Of a stretch of DNA of 64,000 nt, positions 26,831 to 40,100 are shown piece by piece; position 1 is the stretch's first letter; each line of letters starts with the position of its first letter. Location of the stretch: the NCBI GenBank assembly GCA_977017645.1, contig OZ360241.1:56172001-56236000 (forward strand), read 5' to 3'. Both the position numbers and the translations under genes were made by a program. The notes beneath the pieces are model-generated. The model was not told where the DNA came from and made no database searches. It worked only from the letters and a program-made list of their open reading frames with translations. Origin of the DNA: Torpedo marmorata. Taxonomy: Eukaryota.

Positions 26831-27984
26831 CATTTGCACTCCATCCACAACTCTGAAATCTCCTCCAGCCATACAGTACAGGTACAAAATGACAAAGCAG
26901 GACAAATCCTATTTAAAGTAAAATGCCTCACCCAGCCAACCTTACTTACAGATGAGGTTTTATCCGTGATAGTTTGAGGTGTGGAAGGCCTTTTCCTGAT
27001 TATAAGTTCTCAGTTTCTTGTTTATTCCGGCAACATTCGATTTTCGCCCCTCACACTCTCCTGATGTAGGGATGGGAGGAGGCGGCAGAGATTGGGGGAA
27101 CGGGCACTTGTGTTGCACCATGGCTAGCTACGTAATACTGGTGAAAAATGATCAGGCCCCTGCAGCTCATTGAGCAGGGAAGTTTCTACCAACAGTAGTT
27201 AGATCAAGTGAGTGACCTAACTGCAATGCATAATTAAATAACCACATGGAACAGGGGATTTAATCAGAGAGAAGGGTGCTTGCGCTGAGATGGGATCTAT
27301 GCCTGCTGCTGCTCTCTTGTTCCCATTGATGGAGGCAGATATCAGGGCTTGGCTATCACTTGCACAAATGGTGTTCCATTATTCAACAGGGGAAATCCTT
27401 ATGTCAAGACTAGATTCACTATAAAAAGGGGTGGAATCTGATCTGATTGGTATCTGACCAACATTACATCTGTTGAGACAATGCTTTGTAATCACTCAAA
27501 GCAAAAGCACTGCAAAAGCCTTAAATCCAGAAAACTGTTCGAGAAAAATCAAGATCGAACGAGCAAGATTGATACCAGCAATATCAAGCAGTATCTGAAA
27601 TAAGAAAAATAATGTTAATGCTTCAGATCACCAAAGTTTTCAAAATGCCTTTTGTATTTTTTGGGACATTTTTATTATACCTGCCTAAAACATTACAGGT
27701 TACGATCTGAGGCATTAATTTGGGAGGATTAAGCTCCCCTTTTCGTTCAATAAGTGTTTGCTTATTATTCTGTTCACAGGTGTTCTCACTTGGAATTAGC
27801 GTTTGGAATGAGCAACAAGGGTTCTTCCTGGAACGAAATGTTCCCCGTGTCCAAACGTGCTGTCTCTTTGAGCGAGTCCCTCGAGGGATGTGTCTGTGGA
27901 GAGTGACGGGACCAATGTTGTTCCATCATCCCTGCACAGTGTTTTCTGCTCCTTCTGACAACGTGCTTTGGCCGACTGAGCGAG

Positions 27985-28095
27985 CCTTTTCAAGCATGCG
28001 CAGAGCAGCAGGCGAGTTTCTGCACGCGGGACTTCCGGCGCCACGTGTTCTGCGCCTGCGCACTGGAAAGAGTAAGCTGGGCAAGATGGCGGCGA
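27985..28095 (+). promoter_or_regulatory. COPE CpG-rich TATA-less housekeeping promoter
   Basis: NRF1-like GCATGCGCA (~27994) and TGCGCCTGCGCA (28051-28062), ETS/GABP ACTTCCGG (28031-28038), E-box CACGTG (28042-28047), YY1-type AAGATGGCGGC overlapping the ATG. Confidence 0.75.
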
Positions 28096-28190
28096 TGCAA
28101 CAGGGAGAGGGCGATCAATTATTCGATGTGAAGAACAGTTTCTATATCGGCAGCTACCAGCAGTGTATCAACGAAGCGCAAAAGCTTAAG
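28086..28190 (+). CDS. COPE: COPE exon 1
   Basis: [35 protein letters not shown]|gtgagg. Confidence 0.95.
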
Positions 28191-31100
28191 GTGAGGTGAT
28201 GGAGCAGTCTGTCACTGGAGGAGAAAACAAACAGCGGCAGGCGCGGAGGTCTGTGGCTTGGGGAAAGGTGGAGAGAGCCCAGGGCGATAGGGAACCGGCT
28301 GCTGAGGGGTTGTGGGTGAAGTTCAAGTTCGGGACCCAGTGGGTTCTTCGTGTCAGTTCAGTCTGACATCATCTGAACCAATTTTCAAATGGTTAATTGT
28401 AGACCATGGTGTGGAAATATTGAATCTAAAACGAAATTGGATTCATATTATAAGCAAATCTTTTCGTTGTCTTTTATTGCTACAACACAACCCAAGCCCA
28501 TCTAAGCACAATAAAATACATTTACAAATGCCAAAGTGAATTTCCCCAAATAAAATTACTATTTGTCCTTTTGTCAAAACTTCTCCACAGAATGACAGTG
28601 ATCCATTAATATGTATTTTCACCGCCTTATTGACTATTTCCCTAATAGTGTGACGATCACTTTAAAACGTAATCACTTAATTATTGGGTGGTCTGTAGAT
28701 AAAGGTGCTCTTCGATGTGGAATGCACCCAAGAAACTGAGGTTTAATCTTGGTTCAACTGTGATCGCTGGTGTTAACCAGAAGTGTCATTTAAGGACAAT
28801 CCAAGCAACTTCAAAAAGCAAGGGAGAAAGTTAATGAATGCCCTCACTATCCTACTGGAAGAATGTGAACTTGATCACAAGTTAAACACAATTTGCTGGA
28901 GGAACTCACCGGTTGAGCAGCAACAATGGGAGAAAAATACTTCCTCCAGCAGATTGTGTTTAGTTTCAGATCCCAGCGACTGCAGTCTCTCGTGCATCTC
29001 AGTTGAACTTGATAAGTTTGATGCTGCCAGGTCAAGACATTTGCAAAATTACTGTCGAGAGATTAATGCACGAAGAATGGGCTTTAAAAGACACTCAGCA
29101 GCTTTGGAGCTACGTGCCAGGAAGCTATGCTTTCTTTGGGAGAATGGAGCCAAGGGTTTTATTTTTAATTATCTATCGTTCCTGTTGTTTGTTTTTGTTG
29201 TAGTAACTGGCTGATTTTTTTTCCAGCTCTCTAGTCCTGAGAAGGAAGTGGAACGTGACGTTTTCCTTTATAGAGCTTATATTGCACAGGTATGGACAAT
29301 GTTCATTATAATTATAATATTTCTTCTAGTTATAAAGGTTAGTATGTGTGTTCCGCTTGACTTCCTCATCGGAAGACCACGGTCAGAGCAGATCGGTAAC
29401 AACATTTCCTCCTCACTGACAAATCAACACGGGCGCACCTCAAGGATGTGTGCTTAAGCCCACTGCTCTACTCTCTCTACATCCGATGCAAATGTGACTG
29501 TGTAATGAGGCACAATTCAAATGCCATTTACAAATTTGCCGATGACACCACTGTTGTCAGCAGAATCACAGACGGCAATGAGGAAGCGTACAGGAGTGAG
29601 ATAGATCAGCTAATTGAGTGGTGTCACAACAACAACAACAACCTTGCACTCAATGTCAACAAAACCAAGGAACTGATTTTGGACTTCAAGAAGGGGAAGC
29701 CAGGAGAAAGCAAACCAGTCCTCATCAAGGGGTCAGCAGTGGAGAGAGTAAGGAACGTCAGATTCCTGGGTGTCGACATCTTTGAAGACCTATCCTGGGA
29801 CCATCGTGTCGATGCAATTATGAAGAGGGCACGCCAGCGGCTGTATTTCGTTAGGAGTTTGAGGAGATTTGGTATGTCACCAAGGACGTGCAAATGTCTA
29901 CAGGTGTACCGTGGAGAGCATTCTGACTGGTTGCATCACATTCTGGTATAGAGGTGCCAATGCACAGGACAGGAAAGGTGACATAGGAGTCGTAGAGCTA
30001 TTGAAGAGATGGAGGGCATGTGAGGTATCGCGGATGTAGGTGGGGAGGGATTGGACCAGGGGAGAAAAGATAGAGTGAAGGTAAGATAAAACTAGTTCGG
30101 TGGGACAAGAGCAAGCAGAAACAATAGGTCTACCCGGATGATTTGGTTTGTGTTTGATGTAGGTGACATAGAGTTGTAAACTCTGCCAGCCCACCATGGG
30201 CATTAGTCTTCCTTCCATTAATAACATCTTTAAAAGGCAGTGCATCAAGAAATCAGCATCTATTGTCAAGGACCCTCACCACCATGCCCTTTTCTCACTG
30301 CTACCATCAGGGAGCTTGAAGACACACACTCAACATTACAAAAACAGCTTCTTCCCCTCCACCATCAGATTTCTGAACAGACAATGAACCTATGGACATG
30401 AACTCACTTTTTCTCTATTTTGCACTACTTTTTAAAAAAAATCTTGTATTTATGTAATTGTAATTTTATAGTAATTTTTGCACCTTGTTCTGCACCATAC
30501 TGCTGACACAAAACAATAAATTTCATGAAACATGTCCCTGACAATAAACCTGATTTTTGATTCTGATTCATGTCCTCTCATTTTCGAGAAGCATAGATTA
30601 TGAGTCATAATTGGAATTCATTGGGCTACCAGTACAAAAGCATTCAGGTAGGTCAAGGCGGCACGGTTAGCGAGGCAACACAGTTAGCGTAGCTGTTAGT
30701 GCAGCGCTGTTACAATGCCAGTGATTGGGACCAGGGTTCAAATCCCATGCTGTCTAAGGTGTTTGTACGTTCTCCCCGTGTCTGCGTGGGTTTTCCCCGG
30801 GGGCTCTGGTTTCCTCCCCCGTTCAAAACGTACCGGGGGTTGTAGGTCAATTGGGTGTAATTGGGTGGCACGGGCTCGTGGGCCGAAAGGGCCTGTTACT
30901 GTGCTGTATGTCTAAAATCTAAAATTAAATCTAAAATATAAAAAAAAAGGCTCATGCTTCCGTGGCTTTTCACTTCCCATAGAGAATGTTCTGGCATTTA
31001 CAGGCTTCTTCTTTGCATGTCACAAACCAAGTTATTTATCTCCTCAAGCTGATACTGTCTTTGAGTTGAATCATGGCTGATCATTTTCTAGTTCTCTATC

Positions 31101-34100
31101 TCTCAATATCTATCAATGTCTCTTTGAAATGTGAAATTGACCCCTATTTTATTGGAGTTGCCAAAACCACTTGTGAAGGGCTTGGGTCTTTATTTTTTAT
31201 CCACTTCTCTGATAGGAAAAAATAGTTCTGAACACATTGTCAAATCTGGCGCTCATTTTAAAAACCTCTTGTTCACAATTCTAAATACCGTAATTAAAAT
31301 AAGTGGAAGTATAATCTGTGCAAACTCTTTTAGTCCCCATATTATGCCTGTGAACATAAGCTTCTTGACATGTGAAATGTAGTATGTTGAATGGGCAGCG
31401 CTGTTGGCCTGAAAGTTTGGTATTCTCTATTAAAAAAATGTTTAATTGGCTAGATTTACTGTGGCATGAAGTAATGCAATATAATGACAACCACGTCAGT
31501 ATAATAGATTGGTTGGTAGACATATTTCTGGAAGTCCAGAGCTGATATCGGGTTAATCCTCATCTGTCAAGTTCAGCATGTGCCGTTAACCAAGCTTTTA
31601 CTGTAACATAGTTCACTAGTACTTTTAAAACTTCTTGTGAATATTGCTTTACTAGTTTATTCCATTCAGTGTATGTAATCAATTGCAATCTGAAATCCCT
31701 TTTACTTAGCTCTGGTTGTGTATAAAAGGAACACTCAATTTTAGAGTAATTGACGTCTGCTGACAGCTAGTTATACTCTGCAATTATATCGATTTTCCTG
31801 AAAGAACTTTCCACATTTTTGATGAGGTGATTTTGTGTGTTTCAGGAAATAAGTTATTTGTCTGTTTTTTGTGAGCTGATTTCTCAGTTTGAGCTGCTGG
31901 GTCCTGCACAGTTATAATAGAATTAAGAAGCAAAACACAAACTATTGGAGGAACTGATCTAAAATGTTGACCATCCCTCTTCCTCAACAGATGCACCCTG
32001 ATCCATTGACTTCCTCCAGCAGTTTAGTTTTTCCTCCAGATTTCAGCATCCGTAGTCTCTTATGCTTCAACAGTAGAATTAAACTACAGTACAACCCCTG
32101 GTGTCCGGAATTCAAGCAACCGGCAGCCTCAAGCAATGGGCAAAAAAAAAAATCAAGGAAAATAAATTGTAAAAATTAAAATAAATAAGAATAAAATAAT
32201 AGGTAAAAAATACGCAAGTTTAAGTTGTAAGGGTAAAAGTTCTCTGAAGTAACACGTAAACCTTTGGTGAAGATGGGAACAAATATTCAGCCAGCGGGGT
32301 GCCTTGGTTGTGCCTTGCTCGTAGCAGCTGTTCAAAGTTGTGAAACAGCAATGCTGTTGCCCAGGATGAAGAGCTGGTTGATGCTGCCCGCCGTTGGGGT
32401 GACTCTCTTAATGTGTCTCCTTATCCCTACTTAGTAAGAGTCGCCCCAGTTAGAGGCTTTATCTGTAAACTTTGGGGGGGGGGGGGGTTAATTATCTATA
32501 ATGTTATTGTTCGTCTTTCGGGCGGCTCCGTGGAGGGGGAGAAACCTGCAGATGCAGCGAGGGTTAAATGTTTTCAAAGAATGTGACTGAAAATAAAGTA
32601 CAGTAAAATGCTTTAAGGTTTATATATTCATGCAAGTGAAGTTTGTTCAGTGTAAGTATAGTATTTTTATCTTTTGTCTTTTAAACTTTATTCTTAATGC
32701 AGGTGTATTAGTTAGGCATTGTAAGAGTTAGTCTCAAGTAACCAGAAAATACACTTATGCGGCATCTACTAATCTCTGTAGGTGCTGGATACCAGGAGTT
32801 TTACTGTACAATTTAAACTCACCCATGCTTCAGTTCAGGCTTCTTTCACATTGATTTAGTGCAGCTTTAATGAAGTGAGAGTATCTTCAGCTGATTAAAT
32901 GTCAAAACTTGATGAAAGATGAAATTGGACAGTTCGCTTCCAATTCCTTAGGGATATAAACTTCCAGCATAAAACTATCAGTACAGACTATCAGTGCAGA
33001 CAAATCCTGTATTATGGAGGGAGGGGGTTGTAATCTTCGGAAATGATCTGTATTTTCTGTAATGCAAGGCTTTGTCATCCACAAATTTTACTCTGTCGTA
33101 TATGACTGTGGAGTGATACGAGAATTTTCTAAGGTCAAATTTCTTGTTGCCCAAGCAGCTGTGAAAAAATATATATAATTGAAGAAGAAAGGGGCAGCAC
33201 AGTTAGCGTAGCGGTTAGTGCCATGCTGATACAGCGCCAGCGACACGGGTTTGAATCTAGCGTTGTCTGTAAGGAGTTTGTACGTTCTCCCTGTGTCTGC
33301 ATGGGTTTCCTCCGGGTGCTCTGGTTTCCTCCCACCATTCAAAACGTACGTACGGGGGTTGTAGGTCAATTGGTGTAATTGGACGGCACGGGCTTGGGCG
33401 GCCGAAAGGGCCTGTTACCGAGCTGTATGTTTAAATTTAATTTAAAGAATATTGTGTTAGATCTAACTGGGAATGTTTCATTTTGCTTTTCAATGAGAAC
33501 CTAAGCAAAACCACTGAATTTGAATTCTAACTGGTCAGAAACAAACTTACTATTTTTATCTTTCTATTTAGCGAAAGTATGGAGTTGTATTGGATGATAT
33601 CAAACCAGGAGCACCCCCTGAGTTACAGGCTGTAAAAATGTTTGCTGAATATTTGTCCAGTGAGGATCAAAGGTAAGAGGTCATAGTTTAATCCATATTT
33701 ATTTCTTGGTCATAGAGTGGGAATCTCTTCCTAATCTGTGCTGAATAAACCCATCTCACCTTTGCAATGTTATGGTTGACCTTGAAGCAATCAGCCTCAA
33801 TAAGCAGCGAAACACGAAAATCTGCAGACGGTGTGATTGTAGTAAAAAGACAGAAATGCTGGAGGAACTCAGCAGGTCTCACAGCATCCATAGGAGGTAA
33901 AGATATTATTGCGACTATCTTCCTTTATAATCGCCTGGAGAGACTTGAATGTCGTTGTTTATGACTCGTTCAAACAAATAGTCCGTACTAAAGTTGAGTT
34001 TATTAAACCTTATATATCAGTAACTACATTATTACAACTTTGTTATACGGTACTAAAACTATGATAAAACAATTAAAAGATGATTAAAACGGTCAATAAA

Positions 34101-37100
34101 AGTTTTCAGACCGCTTCAAGTCTTTCCATAAATATGAAGGGACAGAGAAATCCAAAACTGACCGTTATCTTAAACATGCAGAGAGAGAGACCTTGGCTAA
34201 GAACACGTTTCTATGGAGACACTCAAAGAATGTAAACATCTTCACAGACTGCTTGCAAAATCTGCTTGCAACTTGCATTTTAACCCTTACAGATATATTA
34301 CTGACATTTCGGGGCTGAGCCCTTCCTCAAGATATGAGTAAAAAAACAGAAAGTGCCTGTATTAAAAGGCTGGGGAAAAGGGAAGAATGGGAGGGGGAGG
34401 AGTATAGACCTACAGACGAAAGGTGTTTACTGGATAGAAGAGAGGAATGATGAGAATTGGGGGAGAGGGGCTTTGTTTTTGGCTCTGTGAAAGGATACAG
34501 AGGGAAAAGGGAAGAGAGAGAGAGACACACACACACACAGAGGACAGAGCCAGAGGAAAGGAGACGTACAGAAAGATTGGGAGGGGGCAGGAGCTAACGG
34601 AAACTAGAGTTGGTGTTAATGCAAAGCAGTTGGAGGGCCCCCAGACGGAATATGAAGTTTTTTCGGAATATGAAGTGTTAATCCTCCAATTTGCGGGTGG
34701 TCTCAGTCTGGCAGTACATGAGGCCATGGACAGGCATGTCAGCAAGGGAATGGGGTGAGGAATTGAAATGGGTGACCACTGGGAAATCCACACGATTGCT
34801 GCGGACAGAGCCGAGGTGGTCAATGAAGTGATCTCCCAGTCTGCGTCCAGTCTCTGCGATGTAGAGGATACCACAACGGGAGCACTGGATGCAGTAGATG
34901 ACCCCTGAAGATTATTCACTTGGAAGGACTGTTTGGTGCGCGAATGGTGGTGAAGGTGGTGGTGTGGGTGCAAGTGGAGAACCTAATAAGCATCCTAGCT
35001 TTCCACATCTAATATCAAGTACAATATGCGGATATTGGTGTAAATGTGATCAGGTTTGGTTGTGCTCCAAATGCTCATTGAGAGGCTACAGATGCTTTGG
35101 AACTCCTTACCTTCTGTTAATTTGCCCAAGTAGCTGTGATTCAAACAAGGGCAATATTGTCAACTGCTATTTTCACACATTGACTTTTCAACTAAATGGA
35201 ATTGCTTAAAGCCAGACCAGTATAAGTGCATAATATTTCTTGAGTAAAGTAAAGCAGTTGATTTTTTTTTACAACAATGCAGAAATTTTGTGACCAATAT
35301 TACTGGCTTTATTAATAGATAATTAACAGAATTTAAGATCTCCAGTTCCTGCAGCAATGTTTGATCTTGTATCTCTGGATAATTATTCTTAACCTGTAAT
35401 AGATCCAGTGTACAATATACGCGATGCTAATTGTGTGCTTGCAAATTGTCAGGTTATGTGTCTGTAGACATTACATCCAGACCCAATTGCATCATTATCT
35501 AATTTTTTTTAAAGAACATATCACTGGATAACAATCTGGAATGGGATTTATGTCTTTCTATCCTCTAGATCAGCCATTCTCAACCTTTTTTTTGGCTATG
35601 CCCCCCCCACCCAGGACTCTGCTCAAAGTTTATGGGTCCCCTTCCCTGTGAAGCAGTCAAGTTTTGGTTTCTTCCGTACTTCTCTCCTACCGACTACATA
35701 AAAAATATTTATGTTTCGCGAGGTGAAATGAAAACAAGGCTTTTACTTAAATGTGCTGTGGCCCCTGTTGAGAATGGCTGCTCTAGATAATGATCTCGAG
35801 CAGTGGTTTTCAAACTTTTTCTTTCCACTCACATACCACCTTAAGTAATCCCTATGCCATAGGTGCTCTGTGATTAGTAAGGGATTACTTAAGGTGGTAT
35901 GTGAGTGGGAAGGGAAGGTTGAGAACCACTGCTCTAGACCTAATTGTTACTGAAATATTTTGCTTGAGAAAAATTGTCATTGGCCCATTTCCTTTGGAGT
36001 TATGAAACCGTGCACATAACGAGTCAATTAGGTACGATTAAAACAGTGGTTTTTAAACTTTTTATTTCCACTCACATACCACCTTAAGTAATCCTTTACT
36101 AATCACAGAGCACCTATAGCATAGGGATTACTTAAGGTGGTATGTGAGTGGAAAGAAAAAGTTTGAAAACCACTGGTGTGCCCTGGCTGTTGTGATCTAA
36201 TTTGGGATGGAGAATTAATTAATACATTAGTCACTTCATAAAAATCAGAGTTGGTCTTTAACACCAAAGTAATTGTGTAAGATAAAATGAGAATTCTTCC
36301 ACACATCCTTTTCAGAGATACCACAGTTTCGAAGTTGGAGAAGAAGATGGCAAAGAATGTTGATGTGAGCAACACAACATTCTTGTTGATGGCAGCCTCG
36401 ATCTATTTACATGAACAAAATACTGATGCGGCCCTGCGTACATTGCACCAAGGAGAAAGTCTGGAATGGTGAGTAGGAATGTGCGGATTCTGCCGGCTAC
36501 ATTTCTTTCATGTATCTATATTGTAAACAGTGACTTATCTCAAAGTTCTGTCAGCAGACATGAAGCAGAAATGAGACCATTTTACTCAAATTGCAACTTG
36601 TAAATTTGAGTAAAACGCTCTCGTATCCATCTGTCTTGTTGTTATAGTGCCTCAGTATCAGTGCTCAGATATTCCAGTGTCATGCTTTAGTCAGGAAGAA
36701 GATTGTATGCACAAGAAATGGCGTGTTGCAATTTTTCCCAAATTGGACGCCCGAAATAGCAGTAGTGATAGAACATTCCCAGAATTTTGTATGTGTGGAT
36801 ATTTTCTCAGATGGCATTGGAACTGCTACATGCTGAAAAATATCTGTTTTCTTTGGATTCTTGGAGTATATTTGCACCCTTGTATAGAATGCCTGTTTTT
36901 CATAATGCAGAATAATTTTGATCTCTTTTGTCTCTACAGCATGGCCATGTCAATACAGACCTTTTTGAAACTCGACAGGCTGGATTTGGCTCGGTAAATA
37001 CATTGTTAAAATAACAATTCAAAAGAAAATATGTTACATCTGCACAACGGAGTCCAAACCTTTGCGGAGATAAATCATTGATTGAGGGTGAACCATCACC

Positions 37101-40100
37101 TTTTTCAAACATTTCCCTGTAACCCACCGCAATGACTTAAAATGTTAATGTTAAAGATTTGCGAGACATTTTCTAATTGTCCTATATTTACCAATCTAAT
37201 TTGCTCAATTACTTCTAAGAACGGTTTGTTTCCTATAAGTAGGAATGCTGCTTAAAATCTTTTCTTTCCAGTGACTATCAGTGCATTTCCAAAATTGCCA
37301 ATGATGTCCGTATTCAAATGATAACTCAAGAACAAGATGCAAGATAATCAATTTCCTCACCTATTTTGCTTGCCCTGATTCATCCAACCACCTCAATGTG
37401 GTGAGCAACTAAATCTACGCTGCAAAACATTAATTAAACACCATTATAATTTTAAATAAATTCTGTTTTAACCAAATCCCAGTTATGAAATTGAGATACA
37501 GTAAAACCCCTGGTATCCGGCACCTACAGGGATTGGTAGATGCCGGATATGCAAATTTTCTAATTGCTTGAGACTCACTCTTACAATGCCTAACTAATAC
37601 ACCATCAATAAGAATAAACAGTTTAAAAGACAAAAGACAGTGCAAAATGGAAAATAATTTGGAAAAAAATCAGTTTATTGTTGTCCTTAATTATGTAAAG
37701 TTTACTTTAATCAGGTAACTCCCGTAACTTACAAAATTTAAATTCGAAACCCGGTTGCTGGCGCTGTAACAGCGTTGCGCTGACCACTACGCTAACCATG
37801 CCGCCATCATAGTTAACCCCCCCCTCCCTCAAGTTTACAGATAAAGCCTTACTAATCTACTTAATAATATACTAATAAAGATAAAGACTTACTAAGAAGG
37901 AATAAGGAGACACTTTAAAAGAGTCACCCCAACGGCAAGCAGCATCAACTGGCTCTTCATCCTGGGCAAAGCCATTTTATTGAAACATAACTTTATTCAA
38001 ACAGCTGCTACGAGCAAAGCACGACCAAGGCACTCCGCTGGCTGAATATTTGCTCCCATCTTCACCAAAGCTTTATGTGTTACTTCAGAGAACATTTACT
38101 GTTACAATGTAAAACTTTTACTTACATATTTATTTATTCTTATTTATTTAAATTTTTTATTTATTTTCCTTTTTTTTTGCCGGTTGCTCGAATTCCGGAT
38201 AACAGGGGTTTTACCGTACTACCTTAATAGTGCAAATGCAGAATTAACCTTACTTTAAGTGGTTATTACCCTCATTTGAAGCAGCTGCCAATTAATTGGA
38301 TAATAATTTGGCTCCCTCTTGTGGCAAAGTTCAATAGCAAAAAACACAAAAGCTGGAGAACTCAGCAGGTCAAACAGTGTCTTTTATGTAGCAAAGGTAG
38401 AAATACATAACCGACGTTTCAGGCTTGAGCCCTTCATCAAAGTATGAGAAAATGCCGGCAGCCGGCATTTTCTCATACTTTGATGAAGGGCTCAAGCCTG
38501 AAACGTCGGTTATGTATTTCTACCTTTGCTACATAAAAGACACTGTTTGACCTGCTGAGTTCTCCAGCTTTTGTGTTTTTTACTTCAACCACGGTGTCTA
38601 CAGATTTTCATGTTTACTTTTAAAGTTCAATAGCAGTCTGGCCATTTTTCAGAAAAGTAGTACCTGTAATTGTGCCAACATGAAGCTTGAACAACAGACG
38701 CATAGATTAGTGAATGTAGTACAGATACTCCCCGACTTACGACCATCCGTACATACGACCGAAAAAAATACTGTATAAATTTTTTTTTAAAAAGAAAAAA
38801 TATATGTAATTATAAAAATTACGCTTGGTCGTACGTCCACCAGTGCTAACGGCTGCATGCGTACAATAGTGACCGTCAGACGATATCCCGGCATTGTGTA
38901 CATCACAGCATCTTTCTCAGGATAAAAGAATGCTGTACAGGTACAGCGGGCTGTTGGGAGAGCGCGGGGCAGTGGGATCAGTGTGGGGACTTATAGCGGG
39001 CTGTCGGGTGAGCGCAGGGCAGTGGGATCAGTGTGGGGACTGATAGCAGGCTGTCGGGAGAGCGCGGGGCAGTGGGATCAGTGTGGGGACTGATAGCGTG
39101 GGGACTACATGCCATGCTAACATATTTCCGACTTACGTCCATTTCGAGATACGACCGGTCGGTCAGAATGGAACTCGGACGTATGTCGGGGAGTATCTGT
39201 ACTTTATTTTGATGAACAATTTTAGTTTAATTTTGTAGGCTTCTTCTCTCCCTTATCCTTTTAACTCTAGGCCCTTTTATAGTGCAAAAAAAGCAATTGT
39301 AAAGACAGAATATTTCTGTCTTTAAATCGCTTCACTTACCTCCATAAAAGGTCCGATGGCGGATTGGCTAGTTGAACTCCGATCTGCCTAGGGGGGTATA
39401 CACAGAGGTGGAGAGAATCTCTCCACCTCCTCCATTAAATGAAAGCCACTGAAAGCGGCTACAAAGGGGAGGGCTGATGACGTTGCGATGATGCCGTCAT
39501 CCCGCGACCCAGGAGCGCGATTTCTAAATAACCTGTAGAGCTAATTACGCTGTGCAGGAGATCTGTCTGAGTCCTAAGGCTGCCTGCACAGATCTCCACC
39601 AGCGCTCTTACCTGCTCTTCGGTTGCCATTTCGGGTATAGGCTGCTTTCCCTTCTCGGCGCATAAGTTTGGCGTCATGGTGGTGGGCGGCGCTACTGCAC
39701 CACTTGCCCCGCCTCCCTCAGATCGAGAAGCCGGCTCCCGACGCAGCTCAGCATAAAGACAACAGAGGAAACGCCATATAGGTCATCACCATAAAAAGTA
39801 ATTTCACTTTTTTTTTCCTTGAGCTGGCTCTAATGCAGGGTTGCAACCATAAAAAGGGTTATAGAGTAGCTGGTGATGAAAATATGTAGCTTCTACATCA
39901 GTCCCAGTTTCCTGAATTTGCATGAATTAGTTTTACTTGAGAATAAACCTAGTAAGTGGGTCTGTTTTATTTTCTGTGATCAGTTTTGAATATTCTCTGA
40001 TGGTCACCTGGAATGTGTGAACAGGGAAAAGGCTACTTGGCTGACTGAACTTCATCCCTGTTCAAATATCTTGTCCAGTGGGATCATATGGGTTATGAAT

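Noticed and set aside
27720-28085. N-terminal extension of COPE suggested by ORF 27720..28199
   Set aside because: Non-ATG start, runs through the promoter motifs; homology begins only at ATG 28086
33191-33270. tRNA genes at SINE heads
   Set aside because: No complete cloverleaf; each is followed by a V-domain and a CR1-like tail
38945-39094. CRISPR-like array
   Set aside because: Contiguous tandem units with no unique spacers, in a vertebrate MITE
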